DNA of 64,000 bases from Clostridia bacterium (GTDB lineage Bacteria; Bacillota; Sulfobacillia; JAJZYS01; JAJYTV01), in NCBI GenBank assembly GCA_027420455.1, contig DAIBJA010000078.1, positions 5,669 to 69,668 on the forward strand, written 5' to 3'. The position numbers and the translations under genes were made by a program. Below the pieces are notes generated by a model. That model ran no database searches. It saw only the letters and a list, made by a program, of their open reading frames with translations, and was not told the origin of the DNA. Below, piece by piece: positions 49,173 to 57,376 of the stretch. Within the stretch, counting starts at the first letter, position 1. Each line of letters starts with the position of its first letter.

Positions 49173-49330
49173 TTCAACCGCTCCTTTGCCGCGGTCCTCC
49201 CGCGATCAGAATGCGTACAGTATAGCACACGCGTCGGCGGCAGGCACTTGCACACGGCCCCGCCGCGTGCGACACTCGGTCCAGTGATCGTACGCGATAC
49301 CCGCGACGCATCGCCATGCAAACACATACT

Positions 49331-49500
49331 AAGCGCCAGCACTCGCCTCTAGAGGCGAGTGGACGAGGTGGGGGATCTCGGAGCTTTCGGCGGGTGACCC
49401 CCGGTTCGCCTGGACCGTCAAAGACCTCACAAAGCCAGGGAGCGATCCCTTGGGGGAAAAGGGTCGGCAGGCGAGGGACGCAATTGCGCACCCCTCTATC
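49331..49500 (+). ncRNA. glmS ribozyme (GlcN6P-dependent self-cleaving riboswitch)
   Basis: Sequence runs A/AGCGCCAG - P1 hairpin CACTCGCCTCTAGAGGCGAGTG - GACGAGG - TGGGGG...TTCGGCGGGTGACCCCCGGT...CAAAGCCAGGGAGCGATCCCTTGGGGGAAAA. It matches the conserved core as I recall it from Bacillus. The 3' limit is approximate. Confidence 0.85.
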
Positions 49501-49554
49501 TGCATGGCCTGCGCAGCTATCGCGTGAACATGCAGCGAAGGGGTGTTTTTGCTT

Positions 49555-51357
49555 ATGTGCGGCATCATGGGCTATGTCGGCCCAAGACCCGCAGCCGAAG
49601 TGCTGCTGGGTGGTCTCAAACGTCTCGAATACCGTGGCTACGACTCGGCAGGCATCGCGTTGGCCGACCAGGGCAAGATCTACCTGCAGCGCAAGGCAGG
49701 CGCCTTGCGGATACTGGAGGACGTGCTTGCCAAGTCGCCTCCTCCTTTGAGCCACATCGGCATCGGTCACACGCGTTGGGCGACGCACGGAGGTGTCTCG
49801 GACCGTAACGCCCATCCGCATACCGACTGCAACGGCGAGATCGCCATCGTGCACAACGGAATCATCGAGAATGCCGACGAGCTGAGGGCCGACCTTCTGG
49901 CAGCGGGTCATGTCCTTCGCTCGGAAACAGACTCTGAGCTTGTCGCGCACCTCCTTGAGACAGGACCCGCCGATCTGCGTCTTCGCCTGAGCGGAGTCGC
50001 GCAACGCTGCGAAGGAGCTTACGCCCTGCTGGTGATGGACGTGCATCAGCCAGATCGCCTGATCGCCGTGCGGCGCACAAGCCCCATCGCCATTGGTGCG
50101 ACGGCGGACGAAGCCTACGTGGCATCCGGCGCGATCGCACTCGCCCCGTGGCTCGGCGAATGCATCTACCTCGACGACGGCGAGATCGCCGACATCCGCC
50201 CAGGCAAGATCGAGGTCTTCCGCCTGACCGATCTGGCACCGATCGCCAAGATGCTGCACCCGATCGAGGGTGACGGGGAGTTGCCCGATGCGGGCGAGCA
50301 CGGCACCTTCTATCGCAAGGAGCTCATGGAGCAGCCCATCGCCTGGCGCCGCGTCATGGCCGGCAGGCTGGACGACCAGGGTCAGGTCAACCTGCGCGAG
50401 GACGGCATCGACCAGGAGTTCCTCCGAACGGTACAGCGCGTGGTGTTCCTTGCGATGGGCTCCTCACTGCACGCGTGTCAGATGGCGGTGGAACGCCTCG
50501 GCGATATCGTGGAACTTCCGGCGCAGGCCGAGCTCGCAAGCGAATTCCGGGACACGAGGACTTTCCTCGAGCCCGGCACGTTGGCGATCGCCGTCAGCCA
50601 GTCTGGCGAGACGATCGATACCCTCGCCGCGCTACGCCACGCGCGCAACTTGGGTGCAAGGATCCTGTCGCTAGTGAACGCACCTGGGTCTACCATCGCC
50701 CGTGAGAGCGACTATGTGCTCGACCTGAGGGCAGGATTCGAGATCTCCGTCGCATCAACCAAAGCCTTCACCACCCAGGTCATCGCGCTGGAACTCCTCA
50801 CGGCCGCCCTTGCGCAAGCCAAGGGGCGTCCTCTGCCACCCACGGACCTGCACGCGCTGCGCGCCGTGCCAACGGTGGCAGAGGACTTCCTCGACGACTT
50901 CGAATTGCCGAAGGAGTTGGTCGCGACCTGCGCCGGAGCTCCAGGTGTGATCTTTCTCGGCCGGGGACAGGACCTGAGCCTCGCGCGCGAGGGCTCACTC
51001 AAGCTCAAGGAGCTCTCGTACGTCTGGAGCGAGGCGTTCGCCGCGGGAGAGTTGAAGCACGGGCCGCTTGCACTCGTCGACCAGCGGGTTCCCGTGATCG
51101 TCTGCGTGACCGATCCGACACACGCGGTGAAACTCCGTAGTTCTCTCGCAGAGGCAACCGCCCGCGGTGGCTTTGGTGTGGCCATCGGCGCCGACTTGGG
51201 CGCAACGTTGCAAGTGACCCTCCCCCTCAAGGAGCGAATTGGCGCCTACCTCCTGGGTGCGCTACCGCTGCAACTTCTTGCGGTGGAGGTAGCTGAGTCC
51301 AGGGGGTGCCCAATCGACCAACCCCGTAATCTAGCGAAATCGGTGACGGTCGAATAG
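49555..51357 (+). CDS. glmS: glutamine--fructose-6-phosphate aminotransferase
   Basis: MCGIMGYVG provides the N-terminal Cys nucleophile. Two SIS domains follow, and the C-terminus reads ...PRNLAKSVTVE. Confidence 0.97.
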   Translation: MCGIMGYVGPRPAAEVLLGGLKRLEYRGYDSAGIALADQGKIYLQRKAGALRILEDVLAKSPPPLSHIGIGHTRWATHGGVSDRNAHPHTDCNGEIAIVHNGIIENADELRADLLAAGHVLRSETDSELVAHLLETGPADLRLRLSGVAQRCEGAYALLVMDVHQPDRLIAVRRTSPIAIGATADEAYVASGAIALAPWLGECIYLDDGEIADIRPGKIEVFRLTDLAPIAKMLHPIEGDGELPDAGEHGTFYRKELMEQPIAWRRVMAGRLDDQGQVNLREDGIDQEFLRTVQRVVFLAMGSSLHACQMAVERLGDIVELPAQAELASEFRDTRTFLEPGTLAIAVSQSGETIDTLAALRHARNLGARILSLVNAPGSTIARESDYVLDLRAGFEISVASTKAFTTQVIALELLTAALAQAKGRPLPPTDLHALRAVPTVAEDFLDDFELPKELVATCAGAPGVIFLGRGQDLSLAREGSLKLKELSYVWSEAFAAGELKHGPLALVDQRVPVIVCVTDPTHAVKLRSSLAEATARGGFGVAIGADLGATLQVTLPLKERIGAYLLGALPLQLLAVEVAESRGCPIDQPRNLAKSVTVE

Positions 51358-51381
51358 TCGTTTCTTGTTTACCAATGGGAT

Positions 51382-51480
51382 TGTGAGAGGGGATTTGAAA
51401 TCCGCCCTGGGGAAAAGAAATCCGCCGGGGGATTTAGAGATCCGCCCTGGGTCGGTTGTGAGCGGGGATTCGAAGCCGAG
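51382..51480. repeat. TGT-initiated block of three 20-bp periodic repeats (GARATCCGCCSKGGG) plus duplicated TGTGAG(A/C)GGGGATT(T/C)GAA, 24 nt downstream of the glmS stop; candidate transposon end / att site
   Basis: Read directly. TGTGAGAGGGGATTTGAAATCC starts at 51382. Repeat units start at 51397, 51417 and 51437. A second TGTGAGCGGGGATTCGAAGCC starts at 51457. Confidence 0.5.
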
Positions 51481-51981
51481 AAACTCGACGCGCGTGGGGG
51501 AGGAGACTTGGCCGCCGACAGTGACGGCGTTCGTCGCTGGGCATTGCCTCTACGCTAACGCAGAAGAAGCTTGTGCTAGTGGAGGGTACGCAGAACCCCA
51601 TGCCAAAGGTCAGCGGCCCCCTCATGGCTTGCGGTGGCGGCTCCCGTGTCGTGTACGACTTGCGTATCGTTGCCGTCTACCGTGCAGCGGCCAACGCAGA
51701 CCGCGATCACGGGCACAGCAAGGCCCCCTCGCTCGCATCCCTGCACCCTCGCCTCAATCGCATCCGCGGCCACGGCGGCCTTGTGCTCCTCGTCGGCGAT
51801 CACTGCCTCCAGCCGCTTCTCCCCTTGCTCCAGCCGGCACGGTTCATCCCCCGAGATGGCGGAAGCATCAGATGCGTTCAGCCGTGTCGTTGCACAGGGT
51901 TACCATGAGGGATTGCCGCACTGAACCGACTCGGCGTCCGTGCTCCCCAGCCGCCAGCCCGCAGTCACCACATTGTTCCGG

Positions 51982-52049
51982 ACTCCGGACAATCCGGAGT
52001 ACGTCAACGCCATCGAGGGGCCAGGAACACAGTTCCTGGCCCCTCGATG
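51982..52049. other. two adjacent perfect hairpins (8-bp stem at 51982-52000; 18-bp stem with 3-nt loop at 52011-52049)
   Basis: ACTCCGGA-CAA-TCCGGAGT and CATCGAGGGGCCAGGAAC-ACA-GTTCCTGGCCCCTCGATG. Confidence 0.6.
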
Positions 52050-52057
52050 TTCGGATA

Positions 52058-52232
52058 GCCCATCTGTCCATGAGCGACCTCAGTTCAGGCCGGTCACCAC
52101 TGCGATTAGGTAGATACCGCAACCTCTGTCTGCACGAGACCCCAGTGGAGGCCTGCCCAATAGCCCTCCGCCGTTGCGGTAGTCCTTACTGCAACCTCTG
52201 TCTGTGAGAGACCTCAGCGCAGGAGTCGGCCT
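52058..52232. repeat. three degenerate ~35-nt direct repeats (period 61 and 72 nt), each with GTC(C/T)-N5-(C/A)GAC mini-hairpin
   Basis: TCTGTC cores at 52064, 52125 and 52197. Unit consensus is approximately ACCTCTGTCTGNGAGAGACCTCAGNGNAGG. Pairwise identity is about 70-80 %. Confidence 0.5.
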
Positions 52233-52458
52233 AGCGTCCCACTGGAAATACACTTTACCACACCAAGCTGCGAGCGGGAACTTTCAGCCCTATCCCGACT
52301 CTCACCGACCGGCGCCCGAACAAGAGTTCACGGGCGACGGACTACTCGCCAGCTGCGTCATTGCTTTCTCTCCTGAAGTAGTTTGCAGAGACACCGGTTG
52401 AGATGGTGGTTGAACTAATTTCGCCGCCCGCCCCTGCTGGTACTGAATCCACATTGCA

Positions 52459-52878
52459 TCAACACTTCTGCCGATCCGAGATGGCCGTACGAACTTTTTC
52501 GACGCACCCTACAAGGTCGAGCCTTAGTTCATGCTCCCAAAACCGCAGCACCCGCCAGCGGTTGGCTCGCAGGCGTGCTGTGACGAGAGCATCGCGAAGC
52601 CGGTTCCTTGCCACCTTGGCCTGCCAGTACTCGGCGTTGCCCTTGGGCGCTCGGTAGCAGTCGGGACATCCATGCCAAAAGCACCCGTCCACGAACACAG
52701 CGACCTTTGCTCGCCCGAACACGATGTCGGGCTTGCCATCCAGAGTCTTCAGGTTTACCCGCCAGCCCCTTACGCCTGCACGCCACAAGGCTTTGCGCAA
52801 GGCCAACTCGGGCTGGGTGTTCTTCGAGGCGACCGAGCGCATGATCTCGGAGCGGGTGAGCACCTTCGATCGACTCAT
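52459..52878 (-). CDS. vsr: very short patch repair endonuclease
   Basis: Reads RSEIMRSV.SKNT.PE...PDIVF...KVAVFVDGCFWHGC...W..K...N..RD. ATGA overlap with dcm. Confidence 0.9.
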   Translation of the reverse strand: MSRSKVLTRSEIMRSVASKNTQPELALRKALWRAGVRGWRVNLKTLDGKPDIVFGRAKVAVFVDGCFWHGCPDCYRAPKGNAEYWQAKVARNRLRDALVTARLRANRWRVLRFWEHELRLDLVGCVEKVRTAISDRQKC

Positions 52879-54125
52879 CCCGCAGCGCCTGGTTCCGCCT
52901 CTTGGCCGACATCGCCGAGCAGGGCGCGGGCGTAGGCCATGGCTAACGCGCGCGCCAGAAGCGGCGGAACAGCGTTGCCGACGTGGCGCTGCTGCGTTTC
53001 CGTGACTCCAAAGAACCTGAACCGGTCGTCAAAGCTCTGAAGCCGTGCCGCCTCCCGCACGGTCAGGCTTCGCAAATCGCGGTAGTGCGTGAAGCGCCCG
53101 CTTCCCGGGTTGGAGAAGCTTGTGGTGATTGTCTGAGCGATTCCGCGGCGGTGGAGCCGAGCATACGCCTGGCTGAAGTAAGTGTCGGAGAACCGCTGGT
53201 CGTCGGCCAACTCCTGGTTTCTGCTACCCTCTTCGATGATGCGGATCTTCTCCAGAAACTCCTTCGAGTGCCTGCGCGCCTTGTGGTTGAACAGCAAGCT
53301 CGACCCCTGCCTGCGCTCTGCCTGGAACCTTGTCAGCGCAGGACCCCCATACGGCACGGCCTCTGCCCCCTCCCCTGGTTGCAAGGGCGGCAAGTCGCCG
53401 ATCGCGTCTTCTACCGTGATGTAGCTGCCGGCGATGCGCTGGATCTCTCCGCCGCCGGCATCGTCTTCGGACGGCATCAGCATGCGAGCGTTGGTGAGCC
53501 TTGGGTACGACCCGCGCGGGATGAATGGCGTGCCCAGCCCGGCGTTCCTGCGAAAGCCTACCACGATCGTCCGCTGCCGAAGCTGGGGCACGCCATACTC
53601 GTTGGCGAACACTAGCTCCGCCTTGGTGTCGTAAAGCGGCTCCACGAGGAGCGCGAACCTGTCCAGCAGATACTCACCGGTCTGGGACAGCAGAGTGGGG
53701 ACGTTCTCCATCAGGAACATGCGCGGGCGCAGCTCCAACAAGAGTGACGCGTAATCGAAGATTCGCTCGTTCCGAGGGTCGTCTGGCGACCACTTCTTCA
53801 AGCGCGAGAACCCTTGGCACGGGGGTCCGCCCACAACGATGTCGATGTCCTCGTCGTTCGAGAGGCGCGCGTGCCTGCGAATCTCGGCAGCGAGTGCTGC
53901 GGCGGAAGAACCGGCGTGGGTGTTGAGGTCTTGGACCCAGTAGGCAACGCGAGGGTGGTTCTGCTTGAACGTCGCCGCCGCCTCGCCGTCGACGTCCACG
54001 AGAAGGCGCACGTCGTAGAGCGGCGGTGCGCCGTCCTGCTTGGCGCTCATGAACCCCAGGCTGAATCCACCCACTCCAGCGAACAGGTCCACCATTGAAA
54101 GCTGACGGTACGCCACGTGCCTCAC
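52875..54125 (-). CDS. dcm: DNA (cytosine-5)-methyltransferase
   Basis: DLFAGVGGFSLGF (motif I), GGPPCQGFS (IV), ENV (VI), PQLRQRTIVVGF (VIII), GNAVPP (X). Start taken at GTG 54125, which overlaps the upstream TGA. ATG 54095 is an alternative start. Confidence 0.9.
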   Translation of the reverse strand: MRHVAYRQLSMVDLFAGVGGFSLGFMSAKQDGAPPLYDVRLLVDVDGEAAATFKQNHPRVAYWVQDLNTHAGSSAAALAAEIRRHARLSNDEDIDIVVGGPPCQGFSRLKKWSPDDPRNERIFDYASLLLELRPRMFLMENVPTLLSQTGEYLLDRFALLVEPLYDTKAELVFANEYGVPQLRQRTIVVGFRRNAGLGTPFIPRGSYPRLTNARMLMPSEDDAGGGEIQRIAGSYITVEDAIGDLPPLQPGEGAEAVPYGGPALTRFQAERRQGSSLLFNHKARRHSKEFLEKIRIIEEGSRNQELADDQRFSDTYFSQAYARLHRRGIAQTITTSFSNPGSGRFTHYRDLRSLTVREAARLQSFDDRFRFFGVTETQQRHVGNAVPPLLARALAMAYARALLGDVGQEAEPGAAG

Positions 54126-55960
54126 CCTTGGAAGAGGAAGTCCTTGAGGTCCTGTGCCGCGGCGTCCATGACGCGCTGCCGTATTTGGTCGATTGCCTGG
54201 TCGACGGCTTCTGGCGTGAGCGTGCCTTGCAAGCTGTACAAGGCGTCCTTGATGATGACGTCGACGTGCCTCTGAAAGAGGTATTCGCGCCAACGGTCGG
54301 AGTCCTGCCCTTCTCTGTCTAGGATGTGGCTTGCCAGCGGTCGGGTGGTGTTAATCCAGTAGTAACCGTTGTCGAAATCCTCCGGCCTCTGGTAGATCTC
54401 CGGCTGTCTGGGCAAGCACTGAAACGGCTCCGTGCTCCCAGGATGCTGCCAGTCGGCATCGTAGTTGGACAAAAGGACCTTCGGTGGACTGCTTGTCTTC
54501 TTGCTCTTGTCGCCGGCCCCAGCGCCCTGGTCACCGGATGGCCGAGGCTCACCCGACGGCGGGCGTTCATGGCCGCGTTCCCCGCCATCCTTACCCTGGT
54601 GGTCCGTGCCTTCGCCGCCAGACGGGTCAGCGGTCCCGCCAGGGATGTCCTGCCCCGCCCCGCCCGGCCCGCTTCCGCCGCCCGGCTCGTCGCCGCCAGA
54701 CTGGATCTCCCTTTGGGTGCGCGAAACGAAGCGCGAGGTAAAGTCGTTGAGCAGGTGGTTGTACTGTGCGGACTGCTGGAAGTCTCGCTCCTGCTCGTGC
54801 TGGCGGTCAAGGTCCATGAGCTCCGAAGCCAGATCCTCGACCTTGTTCTTCACCCACGCGAGCAGCTCATCCGTGAGGGCATTCTGCGCCAGCTTCTCCC
54901 TGTCGTTGCGTACGCAGTCCAACGCTTCAAGCGCGGGGCACTCGCACTCGCCGAAGATCGTCTCCGCCGCCGCGCGGCCTGCCACTACGCCCATCTCGCC
55001 GATCTTGTGGGTGGCCACGCAGCTGTCCTCGCACAGGAAGTCAACGGCATTCTGTGCAGCGCGTTCCCCCACGAGCGCGATGTTCGACACCCGAAGCTTC
55101 AACACGCCTGGCAACTGCGTTCCGCCCAGCGTGAGATCGATTGGGTCCTCCGTATCTCCAAAGGTGTCGGGGATCGCGAACTCCACCGGCTTCTCGTACC
55201 CAAGGCGCAGCGGGAGTTCCTCCGGCTGCAGCCTTACCATGGTGTCCCGGTACCGCACATAAACCGGGCGGCGCTGCAGCAGTCTGCTAACTTGCGGGTG
55301 CATGCGCACTTTCGACACGATCGTCTCCACGGTCGCCCTGCCACGAAACTCCTTGGGCTGCCGCCCTACGACAACCGTGAACCCGAGCTCTCCCCGCTCG
55401 ATGCTGCCGCGAATCTCCGCGGGCGCCCAGTCTAGGCTCACGTTCGCCTTCTCAAGGGCTTGCTCCAACGTCATGGGAACGTCCTTGAGGCCTTGCCTGT
55501 AGCCGTACGCGCCTCCATCAAAGCCGAAGGCGTTGAGCTTGCCCGCCCGGTAGGTCAGGAGGGTAGATGAGTTGAACATCTGCCGCATGTAGAGCTTCCC
55601 GCCGTTGCCGTGGCCTCCGAGCGTCCTTCTAAGACGCTGCCTTCCGGCGTGAACCGGCCTGCGCGCGGCTTCGGGATCGCCCCACCGCTTGAAGGAGCTG
55701 TCGATTCTTTCCTTGGTCATGCCAACGAAGTCCACGCAGCGAAAGACGCTGTCCCTCTTGGGTTTCGCCACGTCAAAGTCGAGCACGATGGCTTGCAAGC
55801 CCTCCGGGATCTGCTCGTGATTGTAAGCGTCGATGGAGTTCTTGATCCACTCGGCGAGTCCCTTAGGGTGGCTGCCCGCGAAGTCCACACCCACGACGTC
55901 TAGAAAGTGATCGTCAAATACGTTTCCTTCAGCGACAACGGGTCCTACCTCGATCGGCAA
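54122..55960 (-). CDS. GHKL-superfamily (MORC/MutL-like HATPase) protein with low-complexity linker and unassigned C-terminal domain
   Basis: N-box LAEWIKNSIDAY, DxGxG-like CVDFVGMT and G2 box GGHGNGGKLYM. A ~75-aa G/P/D/E-rich linker follows, then a ~115-aa C-terminal domain (YYWINTTRPLASHIL...). Confidence 0.7.
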   Translation of the reverse strand: MPIEVGPVVAEGNVFDDHFLDVVGVDFAGSHPKGLAEWIKNSIDAYNHEQIPEGLQAIVLDFDVAKPKRDSVFRCVDFVGMTKERIDSSFKRWGDPEAARRPVHAGRQRLRRTLGGHGNGGKLYMRQMFNSSTLLTYRAGKLNAFGFDGGAYGYRQGLKDVPMTLEQALEKANVSLDWAPAEIRGSIERGELGFTVVVGRQPKEFRGRATVETIVSKVRMHPQVSRLLQRRPVYVRYRDTMVRLQPEELPLRLGYEKPVEFAIPDTFGDTEDPIDLTLGGTQLPGVLKLRVSNIALVGERAAQNAVDFLCEDSCVATHKIGEMGVVAGRAAAETIFGECECPALEALDCVRNDREKLAQNALTDELLAWVKNKVEDLASELMDLDRQHEQERDFQQSAQYNHLLNDFTSRFVSRTQREIQSGGDEPGGGSGPGGAGQDIPGGTADPSGGEGTDHQGKDGGERGHERPPSGEPRPSGDQGAGAGDKSKKTSSPPKVLLSNYDADWQHPGSTEPFQCLPRQPEIYQRPEDFDNGYYWINTTRPLASHILDREGQDSDRWREYLFQRHVDVIIKDALYSLQGTLTPEAVDQAIDQIRQRVMDAAAQDLKDFLFQG

Positions 55961-55962
55961 CC

Positions 55963-56562
55963 TTAGGCACTCCCCTTCCGCTTTTCGATGATATTTGCGT
56001 ATCTGCTGACCATGTGGTCGTGGAACTTCCTCAGTTGTTCGGCACGTGGATGGCTAACCTCTTCTGCCGCCTTGACGGCGCCCTCCACGGTGGTCAGACG
56101 GCCGAGGAAGCCGCCGCGGTCGGTGCGCACTGTGGCGGCCAAATAGTAGTAGAGATCCGTGTCCACAACTTGGTCTGCCTTGCCGCCAGCGAACAATTGG
56201 TAGGCCTCCAGGCGCAAGATCCGGTCGATCTCATGCTCCTGGCTCCGGTCCAGCCGCTTCGCGGGTCCTCTCGGCGCATGCCCAGTAGCTCCCGCGAGCC
56301 GTGCAGCCTCTTCGAAGCCCTTGTCTGTCAATGAAAACCGCTTCTCCCGCGACACAACGAGCCCGCGGCTCTTCAATGGGCCGTACAGAGGCTTGTGCAC
56401 GTCCGAAGCGTCGGGGAACTCGGGGTACTTGCGCAGGGAGAAGTCCTGGGGGAAGCGCTTGAAGGCGCCCACCACGATGTCGTCGTAGTCAATGAACTGC
56501 GGCTCGCCGGCTGACAGCTCATACATGACGGCCAGGATCTCGTCAGCCTTGTTTCCCGGCAC
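55963..56562 (-). CDS. hypothetical protein (possible N-terminal winged-helix), operon partner of GHKL ATPase
   Basis: GAAGGAGGG lies 6 nt before GTG 56562. 199 aa. No family recognised. Confidence 0.55.
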   Translation of the reverse strand: MPGNKADEILAVMYELSAGEPQFIDYDDIVVGAFKRFPQDFSLRKYPEFPDASDVHKPLYGPLKSRGLVVSREKRFSLTDKGFEEAARLAGATGHAPRGPAKRLDRSQEHEIDRILRLEAYQLFAGGKADQVVDTDLYYYLAATVRTDRGGFLGRLTTVEGAVKAAEEVSHPRAEQLRKFHDHMVSRYANIIEKRKGSA

Positions 56563-57016
56563 GCGAAGCCCTCCTTCTTCGTGAAGTGCGGGGGGCCGAG
56601 ACGCGACCCGTGTCGACGGCCCGATCCCGCCCGGCCAGACCGTACATGCCCCTGGCCGTCCGTACAAAGCGCTTGTCCTTGCCGATGTGAGCCAACAGGT
56701 TCGCCCCCGGATTCACCCCGGAGAGCTGAGCGCCGTAGCGGCCGAGTTGCTGCGCCATCTCCACGTAGTGCATCGGCTGCCCGACCTGTGTCAGCAATTC
56801 GAACGCGGCATCGGACACTGTGCGTGAGCTTGGCGCCTCTGCCGCTGGTCTGTCCGTGACCTCAGCGAGCTCAAGAAGCTTTCGGACGTGCAATAGCTGC
56901 TGCTCCCGCTGGTCGATTTTCGCTTGCAGTGCCGCCTTGTCGGCATTGAGCTGCGCTAGCTCGCCCCGGAGTTCCTCCGCCCATCGTTGCAGCACTTCAG
57001 GGCCCAGGTCCTCCAT
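56543..57016 (-). CDS. coiled-coil + HARE-HTH domain protein
   Basis: SDAAFELLTQVGQPMHYVEMAQQLGRYGAQLSGVNPGANLLAHIGKDKRFVRTARGMYGLA matches the HARE-HTH pattern (..pm...ei...i............tl.a.l..d.rF.r..rG.ygL). AAGGGGG precedes ATG 57016. Confidence 0.65.
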   Translation of the reverse strand: MEDLGPEVLQRWAEELRGELAQLNADKAALQAKIDQREQQLLHVRKLLELAEVTDRPAAEAPSSRTVSDAAFELLTQVGQPMHYVEMAQQLGRYGAQLSGVNPGANLLAHIGKDKRFVRTARGMYGLAGRDRAVDTGRVSAPRTSRRRRASRAGKQG

Positions 57017-57038
57017 CCGGCCGCCCCCTTGCATTGGC

Positions 57039-57067
57039 ATGTTAGACCATTTTCAACGCATTGTCAA
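57039..57067 (-). promoter_or_regulatory. candidate promoter of the HARE-HTH/GHKL/dcm/vsr operon
   Basis: On the minus strand: TTGACA, 17 nt, TAACAT. This excludes the listed ATG 57040 as the start codon. Confidence 0.5.
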
Positions 57068-57220
57068 CCGCTTGCCAAATCCCCCGCCATGGCTGCGCCC
57101 CGCTGTGGCAACAAGCCGGCCTTTGCCCATCAGGTCACGGTTGGCAATCAGGGTTCGACCGAAATAGGCGGAGCGCGTCCGAACCCGGCCGACGCACGCT
57201 CCCCCGAAGGTTTACGCCCG

Positions 57221-57376
57221 TCAGGAGAGGCTAGAGTCGTCCTTCCTGCCGGCACCCTCTTCGTCGTCGAACGTGATCTCCACCTGGTCGCCGATCGCAA
57301 TCTCCATAAGTTCTCTCAAATCGAACGGCAGCACGATGCGCCCATCCGCGTCTACCTGCACGATGTACTCTCGCAC
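57221..57376 (-). CDS. AbrB/MazE/SpoVT-family small DNA-binding protein
   Basis: Reads VQVDADGRIVLPFDLRELMEIAIGDQVEITFDDE. GGGAGG lies 7 nt before GTG 57376. No toxin partner is visible. Confidence 0.55.
   Translation of the reverse strand: MREYIVQVDADGRIVLPFDLRELMEIAIGDQVEITFDDEEGAGRKDDSSLS

Noticed and set aside
51576-51899. Minus-strand open frame (~105 codons, ...RLEQGEKRLEAVIADEEHKAAVAADAIEARVQG...VIAVCVGRCTVDGNDTQVVHDTG...) that looks mildly protein-like.
   Set aside because: No start codon lies upstream of GTG 51803, there is no RBS, and I recognise no family. It may be a gene remnant, but I cannot support a call.
51365-52207. 280-aa ORF covering the gene-free kilobase downstream of glmS.
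   Set aside because: The composition is Arg/Pro/Ser-rich nonsense. The ORF runs through the repeat block, the perfect hairpins and the non-codon-phased direct repeats. No RBS is present.
52058-52232. Possible miniature CRISPR array (three ~35-nt repeats with ~26-37-nt spacers).
   Set aside because: The repeats are only about 70-80 % identical to each other. There are only three, the spacing is irregular (61 and 72 nt), and no cas gene is visible in the window. Kept as an unexplained repeat rather than a CRISPR call.
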